From assembly GCA_963802675.1 (NCBI GenBank), contig CAWDJL010000003.1, positions 265,158 through 329,157 of the forward strand: a stretch of 64,000 nt of DNA. Reading direction: 5' to 3'. The first letter of the stretch is position 1; each line of letters opens with the position of its first letter. Below are positions 1 through 10,570 of this stretch, in pieces. A program made the translations under genes and the position numbers. The notes below the pieces were generated by a model. It had not been told where the DNA came from. It searched no databases and was given only the letters and a program-made list of their open reading frames with translations. The DNA comes from an uncultured Acidobacteriota bacterium. Lineage in GTDB: Bacteria > Acidobacteriota > Vicinamibacteria > Vicinamibacterales > UBA2999.

Positions 1-1
1 C

Positions 2-202
2 AGCATCGCCGCGGCGCTGCGCACCCACGCCGAGACGTCACGTGTCAAGCGTCGTCAGCGCGCCGAGGAGCGGGCCGCGAAGATCGGCGTGAAGCTCGTC
101 TTTCCGCTGGTGTTCTTCTTGTTCCCGGCGTTTTACGTCGTCACGCTTGGCCCGGCGGTCATTCAGTTCGTCCGGGTGTTCTTTGGACAGGTGGTTCAGT
201 AA
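2..202 (+). CDS. TadC/GspF-family pilus assembly membrane protein, C-terminal fragment (5' end outside window)
   Basis: Frame is open from the window edge to TAA at 200-202. The tail [49 protein letters not shown] is a basic loop plus terminal TM helix, as in TadB/TadC C-termini. A TPR lipoprotein follows, as in tad loci. Confidence 0.45.
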   Translation, partial: SIAAALRTHAETSRVKRRQRAEERAAKIGVKLVFPLVFFLFPAFYVVTLGPAVIQFVRVFFGQVVQ

Positions 203-232
203 CGAATCTCGTTGAACGGAGAAGGGCGGATT

Positions 233-331
233 ATGGGCAGCACAATGAACATCGTTCTGTTGGCACTGGCCGGCGTTTTCCTGATCCTGTACTTGATGCG
301 GCGACGCGCGCGTCTCCGCGCCGACGACTAG
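233..331 (+). CDS. small single-TM protein (32 aa), hypothetical
   Basis: ATG 233 to TAG 329-331. MGSTMNIVLLALAGVFLILYLMRRRARLRADD is a hydrophobic helix followed by a basic tail. It is below the ORF-track length cutoff. Confidence 0.3.
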   Translation: MGSTMNIVLLALAGVFLILYLMRRRARLRADD

Positions 332-344
332 GCAGCGAGGATCA

Positions 345-1256
345 GTGCGACGGGCGCTCGCGCCGCTGCTTGGCGTACTCGCGCTGAGCGCCTGTGCGAG
401 CGGGGCGACCAGTACGTTGGCAGGAAAGTTGGTTCGACCTGGTCAGCCGGATGTTGACCTCGGCGGACCGGCAGTTGCTGACGAGCGGGCGACTCGGACC
501 GCCCCAGGATCGCGGTCGAGCTCGTTTGGGACCACCGTCGAGAGTACGGATCCGGGGCTTGCCGCAGCACTGTTGCTCGAGCTTGCCCTACCGACGGTCG
601 AGAGTCACCTGACGGTCGCGGGCGAGTACCAACGCCTGCGCATCTTCGACGTGGCGTACGACCGATTCAGGTTGGCGGCCAGGAAAGGCCCCCGGCGGGC
701 GGAGCCCCACGACGGCATGGCCCGGTTGTGGAGAGACTGGGGGTTTCTGGATCGCGCCCTCGGCTCGAGTTACCGGGCGGTTTACTTGAATCCGGAGTCC
801 GCGCCGGCGCACAACACGCTGGGGACGATTCTGGATGCGCTTGGAGAGTACGACGCCGCGCGTCGGTCTTACGAGCGTGCGCTCATGCTGGACCCCACCG
901 CCGCATGGGCCTCGAACAACCTGTGCTATCTCGAACTTCGGCAAGGGCATCTTGCCGAGGCGCAGTCACTCTGTGAGTGGAGCCTGCGCGTCGCGCCCGC
1001 GTTGTCGCCGGCCAGGAACAACCTGGCGCTGACCCACGCGGCTGCGGGTGATGTCGAGCAGGCGCGCCAGGAATTGATGGCGGCAGGCGATGGCGCGACG
1101 GAGTACTACAACGTCGGTGTCGTGCAGTTGGATGCCGGCCAGTATGAAGAGGCTATTCGATCGTTCGAGTCGGCGCTCAGGCTGCGGCCTGATTTTCCAG
1201 CCGCCAAGGCGCACGCCCACTTGGCGCGCGTACGGATGTTGAGAGGGAGCAACTGA
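345..1256 (+). CDS. TPR-repeat lipoprotein (TadD-like)
   Basis: GTG start. Lipoprotein signal MRRALAPLLGVLALSAC. Several TPR-like repeats (e.g. AHNTLGTILDALGEYDAARRSYERALMLDP, YYNVGVVQLDAGQYEEAIRSFESALRLRPDF). Lies next to the TadC fragment. Confidence 0.7.
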   Translation: MRRALAPLLGVLALSACASGATSTLAGKLVRPGQPDVDLGGPAVADERATRTAPGSRSSSFGTTVESTDPGLAAALLLELALPTVESHLTVAGEYQRLRIFDVAYDRFRLAARKGPRRAEPHDGMARLWRDWGFLDRALGSSYRAVYLNPESAPAHNTLGTILDALGEYDAARRSYERALMLDPTAAWASNNLCYLELRQGHLAEAQSLCEWSLRVAPALSPARNNLALTHAAAGDVEQARQELMAAGDGATEYYNVGVVQLDAGQYEEAIRSFESALRLRPDFPAAKAHAHLARVRMLRGSN

Positions 1257-1263
1257 AGACCAC

Positions 1264-2609
1264 ATGTCATCAGCAACAGAAATGCCGCCTGCGGCCCATT
1301 ACACCGAGTTCCCGATCGCGCCCAGGACGCTCGAGGAGTCCGGGCTCAGCCTCGACCTCATCCTCCAGCTCGCCCTCAAGACGCTGCACTTTGCCGGCGA
1401 GCTGACGGGCGCCGAGCTGTCGCAGCGTCTCGGCCTGAACTTCGCCGTCATCGAGCCGGTGCTGGAGCTGCTGATCCAACAGCGCCAGGTGGAGATTGCC
1501 GGCGGGACGATGGTGGGCCGGGCGTCGTACCGGTATCGCATCTCGGATGCGGGGCGTGCGCGGGCGGTGTTCTTCCTCGAATCGAATCACTATGTCGGGA
1601 TTGCGCCGGTGCCGTTCGACCAGTACCGCCGCTACATGCTGGGCGTGCGCAAGATCGCTGTCGCGACGCGACGCGACCCGGGAGAAGGTCCGCGAGGCGT
1701 TTCAGCACCTGGTGATCAGCCAGCACGTGCTCGATCAGCTCGGGCCCGCCATCAACGCCGGCCACTCGATGTTCGTCTACGGCCCTCCGGGTAACGGCAA
1801 AACCGTCATCGCGCAGGCCATTCGAAAGCTGCTCGAAGGCGAGCTCGCGATTCCTCACGCCATCGAAGTCGAGGGCGCGATCATTCGCCTGTACGATCCG
1901 GTCAGCCACGAGCCGCTCGACGTGGACGAAGAGCCTGAGGCGGATCAGAGCCTCGACCTCGGCCAGCGGCCCGACCGGCGCTGGATTCGCTGCAAGCGGC
2001 CGATGGTCATGGTCGGCGGCGAGTTGACGCTCGACGCGCTCGAGCTCAACTACAACCCGAGCACCAAGTTCTACCGCGCCCCGGTGCAGGCGATCGCCAA
2101 CGGCGGCGTGCTCGTCATCGACGACTTCGGGCGTCAGCAGTGCGCGCCGCGCGACTTGCTGAACCGCTGGATCGTGCCGCTCGAAAGCCGCGTCGACTTT
2201 CTCACGCTTGCAGTCGGGGCAGAAGTTCGAGCTGCCGTTCATGGTGCTGGTCGTGTTCGCGACCAACATCAAGCCGGCCGAGCTCGTGGACGAAGCGTTT
2301 TTGCGCCGCATTCACTACAAGGTGTTTGCCGAGAGCCCGACGGTGGCGGAGTTTACCCAGATCTTCGAAAACGTGTGCCGGGAGCGGAAACTCGATTTCG
2401 ACAAGAAGTTCGTCGAGCACCTGCTCCAGAGCTATTACAAGCCGCGGAAGATTGCGCTGCGCGGGTGTCAGCCGCGCGACCTGCTGACGCAGGTGCTGTC
2501 GCTGGCGGAGTATCGGGGGATGCCGCGCGCGATCACGCCGGAATTGCTCGACGCGGCATGCGCCAGCTATTTCGTGGACGAGCAGGAAAGCCCGGTTCTG
2601 TATTCGTAG
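1264..2609 (+). pseudogene. AAA-type ATPase with N-terminal winged-helix-like region; needs two +1 shifts (about 1665 and about 2207)
   Basis: Three ORF pieces join into one protein (1264 frame, 1496 frame, 2208 frame). Walker A is GPPGNGKT and Walker B is VLVIDDFGRQ. Then VDFLTL|QSGQKFELPFMVLVVFATNIKPAELVDEAFLRRIHYKVF continues in the third frame. Confidence 0.75.
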
Positions 2610-2873
2610 CGAGGCTCCGCCTCGCTACGAAACGTTGTTGGTTTTGCCCCGCTCCGCGGGGCGAGGAGCCTTGAAGGCCGTTGGAAGGGCTTGACTCAAA
2701 TGAACAGATGTCTCGGCCTTCAAGCCTCCTAAACAGTATGAACAGCGGCGTGCGCGTGAATCGCGGGGTACGACTGGCCTTAGCGGCCTTTATGGTGCTG
2801 GTGTGCCCCGACGTGTCGGCCAGCCAGGAACCGGTCACGAGTGTCAAACCGCTGACAGCAGCGTCGGCCTCCA

Positions 2874-4847
2874 ATGTCCAGGCGCCCGCGCCCGACCCGA
2901 CCGCTAGTACCCGAGGCGAAGCCAGAAAGGCCAGAAAAGAAAAACGGCAAGCACGGCGAGGCGCCCACCAAGCTGACGGCTCGAATCACCTCGCCGATGG
3001 GTCGCACCGGAGAGATCGCGACCGTCCGTATCGTCGCCCAGATCCGGCCGCTCCCTGACAGCGCGTTGTCCCCGGTTCAGTTCTTCGTGGACGGCAAGCT
3101 CCTCGCCACGGTCGAGGGTGGACCTCCGTACGCGACGGAATGGGTGGATGAGAACCCGTTCGTGCCGACCGAAATCACCGTGTCGGTCGGGGACAATCTC
3201 GGCAACACCGCCAGCGACACGATCGTTCTCAAAGGTTTCGAGGTCACCGATCTCACCGAGGTCAGTCGCGTCCTGCTCGACACCATCGTCCAGGACAAGG
3301 ACGGCAAGTTCGTTCGCAACCTCGCTCATCAGAACTTCACCGTGCTCGAGGATGGGGTGCCGCAGACGCTCGACCTCGCGGGGCAGGATCACTTGCCGGC
3401 GACGTTTGCGATGCTCGTGGACAGCAGCCAGAGCATGTCGCGTCGAATCGATTTCGTCCGCGAAGCCGCGAACCGATTGGTCGGCTACATGCGGCCGAAA
3501 GACCGGATGCTGATCGTCCCGTTCTCCAAGACGCTGCAGCCGATCACCGGTCCCACCGATGATCGCGACACGGTGCTCGATGCGATCGCGAAGATCGAGC
3601 CGCGCGGCGGAACGGCAATTCTCGACTCGCTGATCGAGCTGTCGCCGCATCTCGGCGGCCTCGAGGGCCGTCGCGCGATTGTCCTGATCACCGATGGCTA
3701 CGACGAGCACAGCGCCAGCAAGTTCGAGGATGCGCTCGCCGCGGTCAAGGATGTCGGCGCGACGGTCTACGTCGTCGGCATCGGCGGCGTCGCGGGGATT
3801 TCGCTCCAGGGCGAGCGCTTCTTCAGGCGCCTGGCGAAGGAAACCGGCGGTCGTGCGTTTTTGCCGAGTCGCGAGACCGAGCTGCAGATCGTTCACGACG
3901 TGCTGTCGTCGGACGTGCAGAACCGGTATTTGCTGTCCTACACGCCGCAGAACCAGGCCCTCGACGGCAAATGGCGCGAGATTACCGTGATGGCGGACAA
4001 TCCGGAGTACGCCATCCGCACCCGGAACGGGTACTTCGCGCCCAAGCCGCCGCCGATACGCGCCACGCTCGAGTTCACGATTACCGATGCCGAGGATGGT
4101 TTTCCGGAAGTCTCGGCCGAGGATCTGATCGTCGTCGAGAACGGCGTCGAGCAGAAGGTGGAGTCGTTCCAGGAAGCGGTTAACCCGGTCTCGATCATCC
4201 TGGCACTCGACGCCAGCGGCAGTATGCGGAAGGCCGCGCAGGCGGCGAAGGAGGCGGCGCTTCGTTTCGTCGATTCGTTACGTCCCGAGGACAAGATCGG
4301 GCTCGCGCTCTTTGCTGACTCGGCAGAGATCGTCGAAGACCTCGGCTCGTCCCGGACAGTCATTCGCGAAGCGATCGAGAAGTACGTCTCCAACGGTGGC
4401 ACGGCGCTGTACGACGCGCTGGCCGAATCGCTGGAACGGCTCAATCGGGTCGAGGGTCGCCGCGTGATCGTGATCGTCTCGGACGGGAAAGACGAGAACA
4501 ATCCGGGCACCGGTCCTGGAAGCCGATGGACGTACGAGCAGGTGCTCGCTTCTGCACGCGAGGTGGACGCCGCCATCTTCAGCATCGGCATGGGCTCCAA
4601 CCTGGATCGAGGCGTGCTCGAGACACTGGCCGCGACGTCGGGTGGGGAAGCCTATTTCCCGCAGGACGTGACCCAACTCGACACCGAGTACGCTCGTGTC
4701 ATGGAGACGATACGGCGTCGATGGATTATTACTTACTCATCAACCGATACATCTCGTAACGGCGAGTGGCGGACGGTGGAGATCAAGACGAAGGACCCCA
4801 ATACCGTGGTCCGAAGTCGCGGCGGCTATTTCGCGCCGCGGAAGTAA
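2874..4847 (+). CDS. secreted double von Willebrand factor A domain protein (VWFA-related acidobacterial-type family, TIGR03436-like)
   Basis: 657-aa ORF with two vWA modules, each with a DxSxS MIDAS motif (VDSSQSMS, LDASGSMR) and each followed by a WREI/WRTVEI ... YFAP motif. A signal peptide (MNSGVRVNRGVRLALAAFMVLVCPDVSA|SQEP, ATG 2738) lies upstream in another frame. The true gene is probably 2738-4847 with a +1 junction near 2900. Confidence 0.8.
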   Translation: MSRRPRPTRPLVPEAKPERPEKKNGKHGEAPTKLTARITSPMGRTGEIATVRIVAQIRPLPDSALSPVQFFVDGKLLATVEGGPPYATEWVDENPFVPTEITVSVGDNLGNTASDTIVLKGFEVTDLTEVSRVLLDTIVQDKDGKFVRNLAHQNFTVLEDGVPQTLDLAGQDHLPATFAMLVDSSQSMSRRIDFVREAANRLVGYMRPKDRMLIVPFSKTLQPITGPTDDRDTVLDAIAKIEPRGGTAILDSLIELSPHLGGLEGRRAIVLITDGYDEHSASKFEDALAAVKDVGATVYVVGIGGVAGISLQGERFFRRLAKETGGRAFLPSRETELQIVHDVLSSDVQNRYLLSYTPQNQALDGKWREITVMADNPEYAIRTRNGYFAPKPPPIRATLEFTITDAEDGFPEVSAEDLIVVENGVEQKVESFQEAVNPVSIILALDASGSMRKAAQAAKEAALRFVDSLRPEDKIGLALFADSAEIVEDLGSSRTVIREAIEKYVSNGGTALYDALAESLERLNRVEGRRVIVIVSDGKDENNPGTGPGSRWTYEQVLASAREVDAAIFSIGMGSNLDRGVLETLAATSGGEAYFPQDVTQLDTEYARVMETIRRRWIITYSSTDTSRNGEWRTVEIKTKDPNTVVRSRGGYFAPRK

Positions 4848-4853
4848 GCAACG

Positions 4854-5024
4854 ATGAATACCTCGGGGAAACCGCGCGAAGGGTGGATGACCGTGATACC
4901 GGTGTCGGTCTTCATCTTTTTCGTCGTTATTGCACTAGGAGGGCCAGACAACTTCTTTCGCACCATCGCCCTGTGGGGCGAGGACGTCATCAAGACGGTC
5001 GGCACCTGGATCAAGCACTTGTAA
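4854..5024 (+). CDS. small membrane protein (56 aa), hypothetical
   Basis: ATG 4854 to TAA 5022-5024. MNTSGKPREGWMTVIPVSVFIFFVVIALGGPDNFF... contains one TM helix. It fills the gap between the vWA and TonB_C genes. Confidence 0.35.
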   Translation: MNTSGKPREGWMTVIPVSVFIFFVVIALGGPDNFFRTIALWGEDVIKTVGTWIKHL

Positions 5025-5045
5025 CGGGCGCGAAAAGGCGATGCT

Positions 5046-6296
5046 ATGGGCGAGACGCTAACCCTCTCTGAGATCATCCACCGACGGGTCACCATCGAGT
5101 GGACCGAGGGTATTGCCGTCGTCCGCGGCGTGATCGAGCAATTGCTGGCCTCGCCGCGACAGGCCTCGAAGATACCGGAGCTTCACCAGGTACGCCTGAC
5201 CCGGTATGGAAGTGTCGAGATCGACGGCGGTTATTCGAGCGACGAACCCGTTCGACGCCTCGGGCAATTTCTGCAGGCGACGCTCGGCAATTCGGCGCCA
5301 CCGGTGCAGTTGCGGCTGGTCATTTCGCGCGCTACCGCACCCACGCCGGATTTCCGGACAATCCTCGAGTTCGACACGGCCTTGGAGTACTACGAGCGCC
5401 CCGATCGAGCCGGGTTGATCAAGACGCTGTTCGAACGCACCCAGGCGGCCCCGGCGGCGGCCACGCCTGGCGTGAACGCGACGCTGGACGCGCTGGCGCC
5501 GCTCCCATCGGTGGCGGAGAAGAAGGTCACGGCGGCCGTCCGCCGCAAGATCAATCCGCGAATCTTTCGCGTTGCGGCCGCCGCCTTGATTCTCGGCGTC
5601 GCGGCGGCCGTGGGATTGAGATATGCCCTGGCTGCTGGCGCCGTCGAAGTGGACTCGGGAGTGCCGCAGGCGGCTGCCGAAGTGGCGGTCAAGGCTTCCG
5701 AAACGGTGGGAGATGCGGTCGTGAAAGGAATCTCGGCGGTCACTGAACGGGTGGGGCTGGGCCGACTGGTGTCCCCGGATGCCGCGCCGTCACCGCCGCC
5801 CGGGTCGGTTCCGCCGCCACCCGACCCCACCAAGGCCGCACCTGCAGTCAGACGACCTGTCGCGCCGTTGAAGACGGCTGCGACGGTCGCTCAAGTTTTC
5901 GACCTCGAGCCACTGCCCATCGTCGAGAGCGCGGGTCCTAGTGCGACGGCATCATCATCCGCCGGTCAGCGAGGCAGCAGTTCGAACGGCTCGCTGGCTG
6001 GCGTCGATCCGCTCGCCGTGTATACCTCCGCGTCGGCTGATGTGATGCCGCCGGTGAGCCTGAACCTGCCGTTGACGCGGGAATTGCCGCCCCATCTTCG
6101 ACGGGAGGATCTCACGCGGATCGAGTTGCTGATTGCCATGGACGGCACCGTGGAGTGGGTGAGGTTGGTCGGACAGCCGCAGACCGTGCACGACACGATG
6201 TGGCTGAGCGCGGTCAAGGCGTGGCAGTTCCAGCCGGCGTTGAGAAACGGCATCCCTGTCCGGTATCGAAAGACGATCTGGATTGCGCCACGATAG
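5046..6296 (+). CDS. TonB C-terminal domain protein with cytoplasmic N-domain, single TM and Pro-rich spacer
   Basis: TM helix IFRVAAAALILGVAAAVGL. Pro-rich spacer SPPPGSVPPPPDPTKAAP. The C-terminus IELLIAMDGTVEWVRLVGQPQ...AVKAWQFQPALRNGIPVRYRKTIWI is typical of TonB_C. Confidence 0.7.
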   Translation: MGETLTLSEIIHRRVTIEWTEGIAVVRGVIEQLLASPRQASKIPELHQVRLTRYGSVEIDGGYSSDEPVRRLGQFLQATLGNSAPPVQLRLVISRATAPTPDFRTILEFDTALEYYERPDRAGLIKTLFERTQAAPAAATPGVNATLDALAPLPSVAEKKVTAAVRRKINPRIFRVAAAALILGVAAAVGLRYALAAGAVEVDSGVPQAAAEVAVKASETVGDAVVKGISAVTERVGLGRLVSPDAAPSPPPGSVPPPPDPTKAAPAVRRPVAPLKTAATVAQVFDLEPLPIVESAGPSATASSSAGQRGSSSNGSLAGVDPLAVYTSASADVMPPVSLNLPLTRELPPHLRREDLTRIELLIAMDGTVEWVRLVGQPQTVHDTMWLSAVKAWQFQPALRNGIPVRYRKTIWIAPR

Positions 6297-8593
6297 CAGC
6301 AGTTCCGAACAGACAGTCGATCTCAAGCCCGGCGGTACAATCGAGTCCAATCTCACTTTTGACTCGACCGAGCGTGTTGCTCGAGTCTCGCTGCTCGCCT
6401 CGACCGCACCTGCCTTATTTACCGCGACCATTTTCGTCAGTGCCTCGCTGCTGTTCCTGGTGCAGCCCATGTTCGCCAAGCTCACGCTGCCGCGGCTGGG
6501 CGGCAGCCCCGCGGTCTGGAACACATGCGTCCTGTTTTTCAAGCGACGCTTCTGCTGGGTTACCTCTATGCGCATTTGTCCACTCGCTGGCTCGGTATCA
6601 GACGACAGTCGGCCGTCCATGGAGCGTTGCTGCTGTTGCCTCTTCTCAGTCTGCCCATGAGTGCTGGGGAGGGACAGCCCTCGGCCTCGGAGAGTCCAGT
6701 GTGGTGGGTTCTGCGGACCATGACACTGCACGTTGGTCTGCCATTTTTCGTGGTCTCCACCACGGCGCCGTTGCTGCAGCGGTGGTTTGCGTCGCTGCCG
6801 ATTGCCTCCGCCCGCGATCCGTATTTCTTGTACGCGGCGAGCAATCTGGGCAGCATGCTCGCGCTGCTCGGTTATCCGTTCGTTCTCGAGCCGGCGATTG
6901 GGACGCGATCACAGACTGTCTGGTGGTCGGTGGGTTACGCGTTGCTGGCCGTGCTGATTGCGTGCTGTGCGTTCCTGACCCGCTCGTCGGCGAGCGATGC
7001 CCTCGCCGAGTCAGGGCAGACTGACGAGTCACGTCGAAGCGCCGACGATGTGGATGCGGCTCTCATGGCTGGTGCTGTCTTTCGTGCCATCGAGCCTGAT
7101 GCTTGGCGTCACGACGCACGTCTCCACCGACGTCGCACCCGTGCCGCTGCTGTGGGTGTTGCCACTGGCGATGTATCTCGGGACGTTCGTTTTGGCGTTC
7201 TCATCAAGGGAGTGGATCGCGCAACGGTGGCTCACCAGAGTGCTTCCCCTGCTCGTTTACTGGATGCATCCTCACGATCCTGATGAACGCGCGCTGCGTG
7301 GTGGCTGATCCCGCTCCACCTAGCACGTTCTTCGTGGCAACGTTGATGTGTCACGGTGAGTTTGGCGCGTCGACGCCCGCATCCACGCTACCTCACCGAC
7401 TTCTACATCTGGATGTCGCTGGGTGGCGTGCTGGGTGGCGTCTTCAACAGTCTGGTGGCGCCGCAGCTGTTCAACAGTGTCCTCGAGTATCCGCTGGTAC
7501 TCGCGGTCGCCGCATTGATTCGTCCGTCGCCGCAGTACCGCGGAGATGCTCGCGAATCGATCAGGCTTCCTCCTCGGCTTTCCCGGATTCGTCATCGCGT
7601 TGGTGCTTGCATTCTGGGCTTCGGGAGGGGCACCGAGCATCGGGATCGAGCCGTTGTTGTTTGCCTGTGCCAGTCTGCTGGCGATCGCCTTCATGTTCGC
7701 CAATCGCACGGCGCCGTTCGCGGTCATGGCGCTTCGGGTTCGTCGCCATGATCGTGTTGAGCGGGCCTGCTGGATCGGGTCGCGTGTTGTTCGCTGATCG
7801 CAGCTTCTTCGGCGTGCATCGCGTCCTCGAGTCAGCGGACGGGAGTTATCACCTTCTGCAGCACGGCAGCACGACGCACGGGCGTCAGGAAATGTCGGCG
7901 GTCGATGGCTGTGCGCCGACTGGCTATTACCATCCTGAGAACCCAATCGGCCAACTGTTTGCCAGGGTCAACAGGCCGTTCCAGCGGGTGGCGCTGATCG
8001 GTCTCGGTAGTGGGGGGCTGGCCTGTTACGCGACACCAGGTGCCCACTGGACCTTTTATGAAATCGATCCGCTCGTGGAGCACATTGCCCGCGATCCTCG
8101 CTATTTCACCTTCCTTCGCAACAGTCCGGGTGAGGTTGACGTGGTCCTCGGTGACGGACGCCTGATGCTTCAGCAGGCGCCGTCGGGGGTGCACGATCTG
8201 ATCATCCTGGACGCCTTCAGCTCCGATGGAATCCCGGCGCATCTCCTGACGCGGGAAGCCATGCAGCTCTATTTGTCCGCGCTGGTTCCGGATGGCGTTA
8301 TCGCCGTGCACATCTCGAATCGCTATCTTCATCTCGAGCCGCTCGTGGCCGCTTTGACAAGCGAGTTGGGTTTGTTTGCGATCGCGAACCGCGACGTGCA
8401 GATCGGCGAGGTTGCGCGTCAGAGAGGACGCCTGCCATCGCACTGGGTCCTCGCATCGAGAAATCGCCAGGCTCTCGACGAGTCTCGTGGGCTTGCCGGG
8501 TTGGCGAACGCTCGAGAGCAGCGCGAATGTTCGGCCATGGACCGACGATTACTCGAATATCCTCCAAGTTCTGACTCCGCGCTGAGGCGTTGA
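6283..8593 (+). pseudogene. fused polytopic membrane / spermidine-synthase-like (class I MTase fold) protein; about 6 frame junctions
   Basis: Pieces in all three frames join as QPMFAKLTLPRLGGSPAVWNTCVLFF|QATLLLGYLYAHL ... MCHGE|LARRRPHPRYLTDFYIWMSLGGVLGG ... RVALIGLGSGGLACY ... LIILDAFSSDGIPAHL. Junctions lie near 6541, 7030, 7255, 7362, 7555 and 7735. Confidence 0.7.
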
Positions 8594-9849
8594 GGCGTTC
8601 TATGGCTGGCAAGATCCGCGCACGGTTTCCGACTCGCTCGGACATTCGCGGTCATGCGACGGTACTGGGGATCTGCCTGGCGCTCACCTATGCACTGAAT
8701 GTCGCGACTCCGAGCTTGAAGGATCGCGCTGGACAGATCAAGGGAACCGACTTCGCCAACTTCTACGCGCTGGGATCTCTGGCTCTGACTGGCCAGCATC
8801 AGACGCTTTATGATCCCCCCGCCTTGCGTGATTATTCGGTGTCGCTCCTTCCGGAGCTCGCTGGCACCTACTACCTGCCCATCTACGGGCCCCAGGTGGC
8901 GTTGCTGTTCGCACCGTTCGCACTCCTGCCATACAGCCTTGCGTTGGGGCTCTGGATCGCGCTCACGGCCGCGATGTTCGGCGTGTGCTGCTGGTTGTTC
9001 TGGCGAGTCTGCCCGAGCCTTCGAAAGGACGCGGTGACCGTCGCCCTCGTTGCCGCAGCTTCGCCTGCCTTCTTCAATCTCGTGGCTCACGGCCAGAACT
9101 CGGCCCTCGCGCTGCTGTGTTTTACCGGCAATGTTCTTCGCCCTCCAGCATGAACGGCATTTTGTCGCGGGGCTGGCGCTCGGTTCGCTCATCTTCAAGC
9201 CGCAACTGGGCCTCGTGGCCGGATGCGTCTTTATCTTGAGCCGGGAGTGGCGGGTGGTTGGGGCGCGTTGGCAGGCGCGGCGATTCAACTGGGGCTCCCG
9301 TGGCTGTATTTCGGGAACGAGGTCATGGTGGCATACGCCGGCTGGCTGCAGGGTGTGGGTGAGATCAACGCGCTGTTATCGGTCAAGCTCCATCAGATGC
9401 ATTCACTCTACGCGTTGTTCAAGTTGGCGATGCCTTCGTTGTGGATCGCAACGCTCCTCTATGCCCTGCGCTGCCGCGATCTGCGTCGGGGCCGCTTGCC
9501 TTGTCTGGCGAGGTCCGCGCCGCTGCCGCTTCGCTATTCCTTCCTGCTGATGGCGACCGTGCTGGCGAGCCCTCATCTCTATGTCTATGACCTGGTCATT
9601 CTCGCTCCAGCATTCCTGATCATTGTCGACCATACGCTTGCTGGAGCCGAACGGATGTTCTCGAAGCCGATTCAACGAATGCTGTATTTTGCGTACGCGC
9701 TTCCGCTGGCAGGCGTGATCGCCCAGGTGACCCACGTGCAGCTCTCCGTGATCGCCATGACGGCACTCGCGATCATGCTGTTTCGTGCGATCAGGCCCCA
9801 GTTGTCGAGCGGAACCAATTTGGTCGGCGTGCCGCAGCCGATGCTATGA
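8590..9849 (+). pseudogene. GT87/DUF2029-like polytopic glycosyltransferase; 2-4 frame junctions
   Basis: N-terminus KGTDFANFYALGSLALTGQHQTLYDP plus many TM helices. The protein continues across frames (9050 and 9223 ORFs): FKPQLGLVAGCVFIL ... HLYVYDLVILAPAFLII. The start overlaps the upstream stop. Confidence 0.6.
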
Positions 9850-10559
9850 AGTCTTTGACGGTCAATCCCGAGCAGGAATCCTCCTGCGGACCAGCGCCGA
9901 CTCGCTGGGAATCTGCCTATCAAGCCTTCGAGACGCCCGAGGAAGAGCTGCGGAAGTTCGTCGGACGGCTGCGCAGCATTGGCGCCGACGGCTGGGACCG
10001 CCGCTCTCGTGTGATCGAGATCTGTTCCGGTCGGGGCTCTGGCCTTCGCGCGTGGTACGCGTTGGGCTTTGGCGACGTGATTGGCGTGGACTTGTCGCCA
10101 GCGCTCGTCGCCGCTCACACGGGGCCAGGGCGTTGCGTTCTAGGCGACGCGCGCCGGTTGCCGCTAGGCAGCGACTCGCGAGACGTAGCGATTGTCCAAG
10201 GGGGTTTGCATCACCTTGCGACACTCGATGACGTGGCCCTGGCCCTGGCCGAAATGAAGCGAGTCGTGGTTCCGGATGGACGTGTGGTGATCATCGAGCC
10301 CTGGTTGACGCCGTTTCTTCGCGCGGTGCATCTCTTGACGGAGCGGCAGTTGCTGCGCCGGCTGATCCCGAAAGTCGACGCCTTTGCGACGATGACCGAA
10401 GAAGAAAGCGAGACGTACTTCCGCTGGCTGAATGCACCTGATGAACTGCTCGAGCTGGTTAGGCGGCACGTAGCCCCGACGATCCTGCGGAAGCGCTGGG
10501 GCAAGTTGACCGTAGTAGGGTACTCCGCTGGTCTGAATGCGAAGCAACGCCGATACTGA
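9846..10559 (+). CDS. class I SAM-dependent methyltransferase
   Basis: Intact 237-aa ORF. Motif I is VIEICSGRGSGL. Then GDARRLPLGSDSRDVAIVQGGLHHL and VVPDGRVVIIEP. ATGA overlap with the upstream gene. Confidence 0.75.
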   Translation: MKSLTVNPEQESSCGPAPTRWESAYQAFETPEEELRKFVGRLRSIGADGWDRRSRVIEICSGRGSGLRAWYALGFGDVIGVDLSPALVAAHTGPGRCVLGDARRLPLGSDSRDVAIVQGGLHHLATLDDVALALAEMKRVVVPDGRVVIIEPWLTPFLRAVHLLTERQLLRRLIPKVDAFATMTEEESETYFRWLNAPDELLELVRRHVAPTILRKRWGKLTVVGYSAGLNAKQRRY

Positions 10560-10570
10560 GAGCAGCACCC

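Noticed and set aside
2904-3896. Long antisense or out-of-frame ORFs (e.g. 2904-3896, 23582-24922, 31406-32560, 41272-42441, 51179-52582, 63104-63922, 5955-6731, 1448-2311)
   Set aside because: They lie opposite or overlapping genes with clear domain content. Their translations are Arg/Pro/Gly/Ala-rich with no motifs. This is typical of stop-poor shadow frames in GC-rich DNA.
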